Below, piece after piece: positions 39,195 through 51,661 of a stretch of DNA of 64,000 bases. The DNA lies in contig JAQFVV010000008.1 of NCBI GenBank assembly GCA_028023455.1, positions 4,960,001 to 5,024,000 on the forward strand, written 5' to 3'. This stretch comes from Epiperipatus broadwayi (lineage: Eukaryota; Animalia; Onychophora). Made by a program: the position numbers and the translations under genes. The notes below the pieces were generated by a model. That model worked only from the letters and a program-made list of their open reading frames with translations, was not told where the DNA came from and searched no databases. How positions within the stretch are numbered: the stretch's first letter is position 1; each line of letters opens with the position of its first letter.

Positions 39195-39290
39195 ATGTTT
39201 TGGCACAGTTGGTAAAACATCAGACTTTGGGACTGGAGATCCTAGGAACAATTCTGGTGCTCACAGGTTGCACCTGAATTTCTTATAAAC
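39195..39290 (+). mobile_element. Degenerate tRNA-derived SINE head
   Basis: A-box-like TGGCACAGTTGGTAAAAC, AGACTTTGG arm, degenerate B box; similar relic at ~50665-50715. Confidence 0.5.
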
Positions 39291-42213
39291 TTCTGAAAAA
39301 TACAGCTATGTGCTTTTTTTATTCCAATGTCTTGTAAAATATAATTTACAACAAATATTAATAGACTCAAAGCAAAGAGAAAAATAAAAAGAATTAAATT
39401 GTTAGATTAATAAATTCTCTTTGTAATTAAAATACAAATGAAAGCACCTAATTTTATGATTATGATTAATGTAATGTGATAACCAATGGCATGAGAGGGT
39501 CCTGATATCTAGGCTTTTTATTAATAAAAATAATCAGAGATCATAAAGTAAAAAAAAACAATAAAAATGAAAAGAAAATTAGAGAAAGAAAGAAAAAATA
39601 CAAGACAGAAAAGACTATTTGTATTGAATATTTTTTATTGTCAAGCACTGCCTATTGGTTAATTAATTAATATATGAATTAACTTACATTTATTTAAAAA
39701 ATCTATTGCAAAACAAAAATTTGTTTTCATATCACTGAATATTAAAAATAAAGTACTGGTAATATTTTACTTAAAACATTCTACTATCCAAAAAGATAAT
39801 TTATCTTTACATGGTGAGCAATTATTTGTTTCATTGTGTGAGTGTTTTTAATAATTTACAATGCTGAACCAGATTTATTTTTAATACATATAAGAAATAG
39901 TATTAATTAATATTCATTAATGATAAAACTTGTCTAATATTTTTGTGATCACTCCTATTATTATGTTTACCATTGAGTTTCTAACAAAGCTTCTTGAAAC
40001 TAAGAAATGTTAGTGAACAATTTTATTGGCTATTTTTCTGTTTAACTCAGACCAATAGAAATATCTGGTTGCAATTATCATTCATAGTCTTTGATTATAC
40101 TATTTGAATGTGTTTTTCTCGACTGTCATCTAAACTTATTTCAAAATTGTACATATTGGAAATAGAAAACTCTTTTGTCTTTCCTTTTACATATTACAAC
40201 ACTGTCTATGAAAGTGATGTGGCTTTTTTATATGGCATAATATCTCTATACTTCATATTTAATGCTACATTACTTATATGACTTCCAATGAGTTAAATCT
40301 TTCTGATTTTTTTACAATAAGTTTTAATCTTAAAAAGCATACTATGAAAAACATAAATTTTGATTTATATTTATTTCTTATTTATATATCTTTAAAAATA
40401 AATAGTATTTTACTGCTCTATGTGGCTGGGGCAGTGATAAAGCTTAAGATCAACAGATTGTATCCAGTTCTATAACTTTCCCTATTTTCAAATTTCTAAT
40501 AAACTTTAATGCTACAAATTTAAGTGATTAATTATTTAATCATTTTACTTATGTATTTTGACTATTTTGATATTATATTTCTCAGAACTGTTCTCTTACA
40601 TCTTTAATTTTTCATATTTTTTAAATGCGCAAATTAATTAAATTTATTTAATTATTTATAAATAAATAAATTATTTATTCCATATAAGTAAATTATTTCA
40701 TTTCCATTTATAACTATTTCATTATTTTCCAAGATGCATTAATCAGTAGTATATGAATCTCTTTTCAATCTGCTTTCTTAAGTACCCATGTTTTTAAGAA
40801 ATTTTTTTAGATTTTTAGAAGCAAAATACATGAGATAGTAGAATTAAATTAAAAAACAATAATTTGAAGCCTACTTGAAGATTAATTATTTATCTTTCAC
40901 CATTTTTGCACCATATTAATAAATCTGCATATAATTAAAATTGAATAATGAATAAGTATTATGAATAGGATAAAGGTGAATGCTTAATTTAATTTGGAAT
41001 TTGGTGTTGCATTTATCTGCATATGTAATTTAATTTTTAAAAAGTTGGAGAAGGTCTTAAGTAGACAACTGCATTACTCATCATTCTTTTTAGCTGCTAG
41101 ATTTTAGCTTTTTTCTATTCCTATTTTAAACGTGGCTAAGAATAAAGTAGACATTCCACAAAAAGTCTTATTGTGTAAAGATTGATGTACTCATCTGTCA
41201 TGAAGACTTGGAAATTCAGATTCAGGCAAGTTGAATCTTTTTCAGGTTTTAAACAAATTTAGATAACTGACCTAACTAATCATCCACTTATTGGTCATTA
41301 TATAGTTACTTACCTAATTTAATTGTTATTAAAGATATGATATTATTTAACATTTTTATGTAAATGTTAAAATCAATAAAAAGACAAAAATATCATCATA
41401 TTATTTTTGCACATATGTCAACTTGCTATGTTTTAATTACTGCACAGATAACATAGAAATGAAGAGAATAATTCTATTGTTGGCAGTTAAAATTGTTATA
41501 CTCATTATTGTTAGAATTAAATTTTTTGTGATGCTGGATCATTATTTTAAATATTTCATTGTATTTTTATAATCATCTTTATGTGTGATTTTTTTACTAT
41601 TCAACTCATTTACACTTGATGATATGTGAAACTGCTAAATGGCCATGGTCCTACATCTTTTATCTAAAAATATGATAGCTTTAATTATAAAAAAAGTAAT
41701 TTTGAATATCAATAAAGTGTTTGTTTCTTAATATTACATATATTATATGTATTTTAATACTAAAATATATAAATCATTAAAGATATAAATATATGCGCAC
41801 ACAGATTAATTTTAATATAGTAGCATGCATAATATTTCCAAAAATTAAAAAAGTGATATAATAGATTTTTTGAAAAACATTTAAAAGAAAAAAAAAATTA
41901 ATTACGAAAATGAATAATGATATTAGAAAAATAATACAATCCAAATATATTAAGATTAATATTATTCAAATGATTTGACACTAACTTTTAGTATCAGAAT
42001 GAATAATGCATAGAAAAATTTTAAACATAGATTTATTTAATATTAATCAACATCTTGACTTATATTTAGTTCTGCTTACTAAATTTATCAAGTAGATTAT
42101 AAATTAATTTCCAATAAATTTAATGGTATTAAGAGAGCACACAGTACTGTGAAGCTAATCAAATCCAGGTTACAATGTAGGTGCAAAATTTGTTGCATAT
42201 GAAAATAATCAGC

Positions 42214-42244
<31 letters not shown>

Positions 42245-42264
42245 GAGTTATTATAGTTACTATA

Positions 42265-42796
42265 ATATTTAACACAGCATTACGCTGTTGCACATGCGCT
42301 TTGAAGATTTTAACTATAAATGAATGAATACTAACACTCAACCACATGATAAACCAAAACGCTTTTGTATGGGTGAATCTTAAGTGTTTGAAAGTGAAAG
42401 CGTGAATATATTAAATAATCATTTTAAATTACTATTACATGCTTGAATGAAAGACGCTAATGAAATTTACTAGAATTTACGATACGTCATTCTTCTTATT
42501 TGATATTAAATGTATGTAAATAAATCATTTTTTTATTGCGCGATGTTTGTAATAGTAATTTAAAGTGATTATTTAATATATTCACGCTTTAACTTTCAAA
42601 CACTTAAGATTCGCCCATACAAAAGCGTTTGGGTTCGAAAAGATAGATGGCCATTCTATCTTTTCCAAAGACTTTATCATGTGGTTGAGTGTTAGTATTC
42701 ATTCATTTATAGTTAAAATCTTCAAAACGCATGTGCAACAGCGTAAAGCTGTGTTAAATATTACAGTTTACAAACATTGCGCTATAAAAAAATGAT
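42265..42796. mobile_element. Young non-coding foldback insertion, same family as 51034-51347
   Basis: 14-bp direct repeat TTATAGTTACTATA at 42251-42264 and 42797-42810; two oppositely oriented copies of a ~330-bp unit; CpGs retained. Confidence 0.85.
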
Positions 42797-43009
42797 TTAT
42801 AGTTACTATAGTAAAGAACGGTTCTCTAACAAATATTATCATCGTTATTAAAGAAAAATATCAGTTATTTCGTCAAACCATAAGGTAAAATTGACTTATA
42901 TATTATTTATATATAATAACATAATTTTTCTACATATTTTTTAAAAAAAAAAAAATCTCAAAATAATCATATTTTAGAAAAAAAATAATCCAAAGAAATA
43001 CGCCATAAT

Positions 43010-44477
43010 ATGGCGATTCCAAATAAGAACGAACAAATTAATTGTTCTACAATTATGACTATCGAATTTCCAATTCTAGATATCAATAATATAAACAAAA
43101 ATAAATCGTATGCTAGCGTTACCAAAACTATTAATAATTCAAATAATAAATTAGTGTTAAATGAATATCAAAAAACACGTTTTCGAACGTCTACATTAAA
43201 TGACATACAGGAATTAGACTTAAATACAATAGAAAATCCTCCACCGCCACTTACCGAATATACACAGGAAATGTTAAATAAGATTTCTGAAAATTTTAAT
43301 AACACCATTCCTCGAAATCTTTTTAATTCATTCAAACGTTTTTTTTTCTCAAAGATCAATCATAATAGCTGCAACGGATTCGAATTGTTCATTCTATAGA
43401 TTTCCTCGTCAAGCACTATATGATGCAATAACCTCACATAATTTATGGGAAACAATTTCTAAAATAGCAGATCTTACTAATCCGAGATATATAGCAATTG
43501 AATTTTTTGAAACAAGTCAAAAACCGCATTTTCAAACAATTATCAAAACAATACATTATACATAATTACGTTCTAGTAATAGTAGACGAAAATAAACAAA
43601 ATATTATTAGCGGTATACTCAAAAACACATATTTTAACTACAAAATAGAAGATTTTCAAAATATGATGCAACCTTTTGGAAAAGTATTAAGCCTACAAGG
43701 AATATATTATAAAGACACACCCATACCTATACCATCAAATAATTACGAATTCAAAATAAAGTTGCACTCAAATATTGATCCAAATAATATCCCAACGCAA
43801 ATATTAGATCAAGAAGCAATGCTATGTTTATATATAAGAGGATTAAAACCTAAGTGTTACGCTTGTGGATTAAGAGGTCATCTAGCAATTCAATGCAAGG
43901 AGTTTTCTACACATAAAAAAAAAAAAAACAGGTCAATGAATCAAACATTGAACATCAAACTGACATGTCAATAGCAGATAAATCAAAAATTATCATACAA
44001 AATAATGAAAACAATAATGATCATGAGGCAAAAAATTCAAAAGAAAACGATCCCAAAAATGAAGATAATAGTAACAACAATGCACACATGCCAGAAAAAC
44101 AATCTGAAAACTCAAATAACTCAATGAATATAGGAGAAAATGATGAAAACATGGATCCAGAAATGACTCATATTATAATTAATAAAACATCAACAGAAAT
44201 TATGCAAACTATAATACCGCCACAGGCAATCATTGAAACACCAACACAAGAAACTAAAAGAAAAACAGCACGACTCAAAACAAAGCCTGATATTAAAAAA
44301 ATTAAAACAGATTACAAGGATAATAAATCAAGCATATCTGATCTGCCAACTGAAAACATACAAATAGAATTTAATAACTTTCAACAAAATATCAAGCAGA
44401 AAAAACATCAATTTAAAAATACAACATCATATGAAACAAGATCATCAACTACACAAACCATGCCACAAGAACTATAA
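43010..44477 (+). pseudogene. LINE ORF1 (gag-like, zinc knuckle), three frameshifts
   Basis: CYACGLRGHLAIQC knuckle; frameshifts at a T run (~43340), a 7-bp ATACATT duplication (~43551-43564) and an A run (~43920). Confidence 0.85.
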
Positions 44478-44571
44478 CATAAGAAAATTTAAAAAAAAAT
44501 AAATAAAAAAATCATAATTTACATATAACCAAGGAAAATTACAATCATCCAACATACAATAAAACTACTTT

Positions 44572-47500
44572 ATGAAAATTAAAATATCAGCTTTTAACAT
44601 TAGAGGAATAAATTCAATATCAAAACTACAACATCTTAGTAAATGGATAAGTATTGTAAAACCACATATACTTGGTCTACTAGAAACCAAAATATATAGT
44701 GGCTCACATATAGACCCATCCAACTACTTAAACAAGCATGGTTTTTGCACTTATTCACGTGATGCTTCAACACCACCAGCAGGTACTGGAATAATTGTAA
44801 CTCCTACAATCATATTTGATAATTTTAAAATATTATACATAGATTCTCACTTATTAATTACAACATTTCATAACCGTATCACACCCATTAACATCATCTT
44901 TGTCTACATTCCACTAGGACCTACAGTAATATCATATATCATTCTCACAATAAACTCTATGTTAACATCAACTTCTTATCCTACTATATTAATTGGTGAT
45001 TTTAATATGAGTTACTACCAATTTACAACCAAATGGCTTCACCAGCTAACAATACCTCTTATGAGTGGAGAAGGATTCCTACCTTTACATTCAGTATCAT
45101 TCCACAACAAACGATTTGCAACACTAATTGACTTATGCTTCTACTCACCAATGCTTCAACATCTAATTGATATTAAGTCAAATCCATCTCCATTCTCTGA
45201 TCACTCAGCACAAACACTTATAATAAATTTAACAAATTTTCAAACAACCACCACTCAGCTAGAAAAAACAATCTGTATGCTCACTCCAACATCAACCCCA
45301 GAATTCCTATTTTCAGAAACATATATAATGCTATGAAAACTAGATACTATCATACTTGATCCAATACAAAAATACTTGGCATTTATCAATATACTATCAT
45401 TCAACATAAATCATCTAACATACAACAAACCATCACCTTCAAGGCTTCTAACAATAGCAGATGAAATACACAAAAGAATTACAATGTTACATCCTTCACA
45501 TAACTCACAGGAAAATATATACAAGCTCACACAAATTTACAATAACACATGTAACAAACTAAAGGAATACATAACAATTAAAAAAGCAAAAATATGTCTC
45601 TCACAAACACACACATGGTCAAGAGCATATATTAGATGGGCTCTAGGATATCCACCAAAATTGAGAGTACCAATGGCAATAGAAATAGAAGGAATGACCT
45701 ATGCAGGACAGAATATGATAATACCCATATTTAATTACTTCAAGAAAAAACTACAAGAACATAAAAGATTCACACCTTCAGATAATTACTTTGGACAACC
45801 AGAAACAAATTATCCATTTAACATACAACAATTTGCAGATAAACTTAATACAATTAAAACCACATGTCATCCTGGAACAAATGGTATACCAAAATTTGTC
45901 TTCACACATTTGAGCCAATTCACATCAAAATATATTTGCAACCTAGCAAATCATCTCTCTCAAAAAATCTACAACCTTAAAGAACTAAATACCATAGCCA
46001 TAGTGCCATTTAATAAAAAAAATTAATATATCAACACTTACCAATCTAAGACCTATTTCTATGGGAACATTAGCCATTAAAATTTTAGAAAAAGTCATCA
46101 AAGATCAAATTGAACAACACTTACTTCCACTTATATCACCTCTACAATTTGCAAAAAAAGAATCATCTACAGGACAAGCAGCATTACTCTTTAAAACTAT
46201 TATGACTACAATACAAAAGCAAAAAAAATATGCACCAATAGCAGTACAATTAGATATTCAAGCAGCATTTGATTCAGTGTCAATCAAGATACTTCTTAAT
46301 AAATTAGCCAACACCACAATACCACCTACACTACTCTATGTAATTGCCAATCTTCTCCTTAATAGACAAATTCATATCACACTCAATGGAAGGAAATCAA
46401 CATCATTCACTCCATCACAATCTATTTCACAAGGATCACCACTAAGTTCACTCCTCTTCACATTCTACATAGATCCACTAATAAGAAAAATACAACAAAA
46501 TATAGCTGGAATACAAATTCCACACACACAACAAAATATCCCATGTTTAGCATACATGGATGATATCATAATTTTTTTAAAATCACGCAAAGAATTTCCA
46601 ACACTACAAAAAATATTAGATCAATACTCATCTGAATTCAAACTAAAATTCAATCCTAATAAAACAGCAGCTTGGTTCATATATACAACCAAAACATATA
46701 CTAAATACTTTCAAGGCAAACCCACTCCTTTTCTGGGATTTCCATTTTACTTGGGAACAAATGGTATGAGGCAAAACATACAAAACAAATTACTTGAATC
46801 CATAAACAAAATTTCAAACTCTTTATCAAAAGCATACCTATCCATATACTCAAAAGTTCAATTATTCAACATGTTAATTACCACAAAAATAACATATTTT
46901 TCTCCAATAATAAATTTCTCTAAACATTTCAAATCAAAAATATCATCATTATGCACTAAACTACTATGGGGATGCAAAGCCATTGCAATATCCACTAAAT
47001 CTCTTAGCAAATCTACAGAAAACAATGGTTTAGGACTGCACACTATTTACACATTCCATATACAGAAATCAATCAACATATTAGCATCAACAATAAGACA
47101 ATTCCCTAAACTAAAATGTTTGCTCACAATTACACCAACGGATACTCCACCTCCAAATTCACAGTATTTATCTTCACTAATACAAAGTGTCACAACAATA
47201 TCTACTCAAATTAACATAGAAGCAACATATAAATATTCATACTGGAAAATTTACAAACTATTATACCCAGAAAATCCTGGAGACACACAAACAACAATGC
47301 TTGGAATTAGCAATTATCAATTATTGAAAAAATTCAAAAAATGGTCATTAGAACCAAAATATTTTGATTTTATATTAAAAATAAACCTTTATGCACTACC
47401 AACATCATATTTCCTTCGATACAGACATCTATATAAAAACATTGATCCTTTTTGCAATCTTTGCCACACAGCAGAAGAGACACAACAGCATATATTCTAT

Positions 47501-47806
47501 TCATGCACAAGTTTATCCAATATATGCAAATTGTTAATAGAAACTTACCAAGGGAAAAATACATCATTAATAAACATATTACAATCTTTTAAAAAAAACT
47601 CTACCCCAACAATACGAGCAATAACTTTTTTACTATATGCATACTGGTGCACGAGATGCTCATTTACATTTGGTAACAATACAAGAAGACACCAGCAACA
47701 TTTATAAAAAAAACTTCAACAAATAAAAGAGCGGGATTACAAAATTAGCACTCCAGACATTGCAGCATCAACATGGTCACTCATAAGACAGCCATCAAAC
47801 CTATAA
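44572..47806 (+). pseudogene. LINE ORF2 (AP endonuclease, reverse transcriptase, zinc finger)
   Basis: ISAFNIRG, GLLETK, VYIP, LIGDFN, IDLCF, SDH (APE); QLDIQAAFDSV, SQGSPLSSLLF, AYMDDI, FLGF (RT); CNLCHTAEETQQHIFYSC. In-frame TGA 45334-45336, frameshift in an A run ~46020, compensating indels ~47690-47712. Confidence 0.95.
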
Positions 47807-47962
47807 CAGAATAACCATCAAACAGATTATTTAAAATGTAAAATACAATTGATTTTAAAATTTAGAACTTGTTCCAAAGTCCTATGATTGCCTATGTAAC
47901 AGGATGCAATCGTTTGTTGTAAAGAATCTATGTAACATTTGTTTAATAAAATTCTTTGAAAC

Positions 47963-48075
<113 letters not shown>

Positions 48076-49462
48076 CAACAACAACAACAACAACGAGAAT
48101 TTAAAAAACATAATAAAAGATAAAAAAAATCTTAGAGAAAATTGTTAAATTAATGTGTGTTGCCAGATAAATATTGATAACATTGATTAATTAAAATTTT
48201 ATAAATTTTTAAATATTTTATTTATTTATTCTCTCAAAAACAAGTTTGAAATATTTAAACTGATTATGAGATAACTCCATTAGTTTATCAATTCATAGGA
48301 GTGCAACCTCAAAACTAAGATATACAAAATGATTTCTTTTAATATTAAAAATGATTTGCTCTGATAGTAAGTTAAAAGTTTGAAGTATGTAATGATTCAA
48401 CCATAAAATGTTTAAATATTCTTATCTCTGATTATTGTTTATTTTTTACTTCTGTAAATAAATACATTATTTTCTGATCATTATTATTATATTCTACTAG
48501 GTTTTATAGTGTTCAAAAATATTTTCAAATTATGTTTATATTGAAAATGATTTTCCTGAAACAAATTATTAATGGCATATTATCTTATCACCAGCATCTA
48601 TATTCATTTTTAAATACATAGCTAATTTTTATTTAATATACTATCGATTATTTGCATTTTTTGAGTATAAATATATTCATAATTATATAAAGAAAGGCAA
48701 AATTTATACTGCTAAAATTACCCATCAGTAAACCATAAAAGGAATATCATATAATAAGATATTTAATTATTGATAATTTTAAAATTATGTTAAACAAAGT
48801 TCTTTTTATATTAATGCAAACTTAAGCGATTTTTAAAATCTTAAAATAAGAATTCTTAACAGCAATATAAATTTATAGCTTATCAAAGCTAAAAAAATAT
48901 ATAATACATTTTAATGCATGTTTAAGAATGCAATATTTATATAAGAAAACAAAATAACTGTTAACAGCATCCATCCTTTTGAAAGTTTAAAATGTGACAA
49001 CTGATTTAATGAATTTTTTTAAATACCAAAACATTTTTATATAATGTTTTCAGCAATCACTTATAAATATTATGTTTAACATTTAAATTTTAAACAAGAC
49101 ATGTTTAGTCTTGTCCTTTCCAATCAACATAACTATCCTCTTTCTTAAGATATTCTAATAATTTCTCCTTTGTAAACACTTACTTTTAGCAAATAAAATG
49201 CTACAGATTTTTTTATATATAAGAATGCTGAATATGTCTTAAAGTACCAAAAATATCACTCAATTATAAATGTTGTTAAAGATGGCTTTAATAATAAAAT
49301 AATTTTAAATTAAAATCAAAAATTTTTAAAACAAAATTTATATTGAAAGCTAATATTAAATATGTATTCAATTTTTGAAAAACTCTTACTGTAGTAAAGA
49401 TATAACAAGCAATGGAAAAAAACTATGCTTATAATAAAAAAGGGTAGTCATTTGTTTATAGT

Positions 49463-49906
49463 GTACTTTGGGATTAGTGCTGCTTTTTTCCATATTGATT
49501 CTAACACTTTTAAATATTGTTAATTTTTTTTAAAGATTAAAAAATGTTATATTTAAAAACAAATAGTTTTTGAATTCAAGTTCATCCAAAAAAATTATTA
49601 CGAAGATGAAATTTATATTTAAATAAATGAGTTTTTGAACTCAATTTAATTTAACACAAATTCTTACCAGTACAATAGAAATCAAAGATTTTTTTGTATA
49701 GAACAAAAGCAATTTTTAATGTTTAGTTTTATTCAATTTTAAATTTTTTATTTATATTTATTATATTCAAAATGCTTTTTTTTAATTAATTTGAACTCTT
49801 AACCCATATTTAAATTATAAAGTTTGCTAAACTTAAACCAATATTTCCAAATATATTTGCAAAGTTAGAATCAATATGGTGGAAAGCAGCTCTAATCCCA
49901 AAGTAC
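49463..49906. mobile_element. Degraded MITE-like element with ~40-bp terminal inverted repeats
   Basis: GTACTTTGGGATTAGTGCTGCTTTTTTCCATATTGATTCTAAC mirrored by GTTAGAATCAATATGGTGGAAAGCAGCTCTAATCCCAAAGTAC. Confidence 0.65.
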
Positions 49907-51033
49907 CAATATTTCCATATGATTTTGAGCCATGAATGTGAAAGTATTTTGTATTATGAATTTAATTTAAAGTTTTTTTGATAAAATATGTTTTTATGAT
50001 GTTTGTATATTACATTTAGAAAGTAATCCAAAAAAACTAATAAATAATAAATTGATAAAATATTTTGTCATTTTTTTTATTTTTTGTTTAATACACATAA
50101 AATTAATATTGTAAATGAAAGTGCATATTTTGGGTGGCTAATTATAAACAATAAACTTTTTGTCACTTTTAATAATATAATAAAATGATTGAGAATCAGA
50201 TTAAAAATCTAGAGAATTTGTGAATTGATTTTCAATAGTGTGCAGTAAAACAAAATCTTAGTTCAGTTGCTTGGATGAATTTATTGTATTCAGTCTATCA
50301 TTTGTGTACTCTAATGTTAGTTACATTACTTTTCAAGAAGATAGTGTTTATATCCATGTATATTTATATGTGTGTTATTCTATAAATTAAAATTACATAT
50401 CAGAATCTTTATAAGTTAACATACTTTTTTTGTTTTGCTATATTAGAATTTTTTATTTTCATTCATCTGCTTATCAGATATATTTGTAGAAAATAGTAAA
50501 TTTTTAAACAAATTATTGTATTGCATGTCAAAGTTTGTATGTAAATATCATAGTTAGATCACACAATTTAATTCTTTTTTTCAATCTGGAATTTACTTAT
50601 TCATATATCATTAGTTTGTAGTGTTGGTGAATTAGGATTACCTTACTGTACTAATACTATTTGGGGCAATGGTAGAATAACAGACTTTAGAGTTTAATGT
50701 CCATAGATCATATCCATCTCAGACATTTCCTATGCTTGTATTTTTTTATAAACTTTTGAAACAATTCCATTAGATTATTTCATTTTATATAACTAATTCA
50801 CTTATGTATGTCATAATATTACAACTAATAAAATTCCTTACTGAAACAAAATCATGGCAATAATATTGAGCTTTTTATCATGTAAAATATAACATTATAT
50901 CATAATAATATTTTTTATGGTCAATTCATCCAAATTTTTATAAGCATCCCGGATTATCTTGGAACCTGTATTCTCCAAATAACAATCATGAGATAATCAT
51001 TAACTGATTAATATTGTATCTTTTATTTGACTT

Positions 51034-51347
51034 ATTTACATACATTTAATTTCAAATAAGAATGACGTATCGTAAATTTTAATAAATTTCATGAGTGTCA
51101 TTCATTCAAGCATGTAAAGGTAATTTAAAGTGATTATTTAATATCTTCACGCTTTCACTTTCAAACACTTAAGATTCACCCATACAAAAGCGTTTGGGTT
51201 CGAAAAGATAGATGGCCATTCTATCTTTTCCAAAGACTTTATCATGTGGTTGAAGTGTTAGTATTCATTAATTTTATATTTAAAATCCAAAGCACATGTG
51301 CAACAGTTTACTGCTGTTTAAATATTATTGTTTATAAAAAACATCGC
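51034..51347. repeat. Single-orientation copy of the unit found at 42265-42796
   Basis: Shares CCCATACAAAAGCGTTTGGGTTCGAAAAGATAGATGGCCATTCTATCTTTTCCAAAGACTTTATCATGTGGTTG and its flanks. Confidence 0.9.
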
Positions 51348-51507
51348 ACTTATTTATATTATTTCTTGAAAAAACTTTTAAATTTGCTTGGAAATTCCTT
51401 AATTTTCTGAATATATATATATATACCTTATCAAATTTAAACCTTACATAATGGATAAGGATGGTCAGTTAATTAACAGTTATATTATAAAAATGATAAA
51501 TGAAACC

Positions 51508-51661
51508 ATAAATTTAGCACCTATTAAATGAATTATAAATTTGAAATACACATTGTCTATTAATCAAAATATAATCTAACTCTGCAGAGTTAGATTATAT
51601 TTTGATTAATAGACAATGTGTATTTCAAATTTATAATTCATTTAATAGGTGCTAAATTTAT
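51508..51661. repeat. 154-bp perfect spacer-less palindrome
   Basis: 77-bp arms are exact reverse complements, centred on CTCTG/CAGAG at 51584/51585. Confidence 0.97.
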
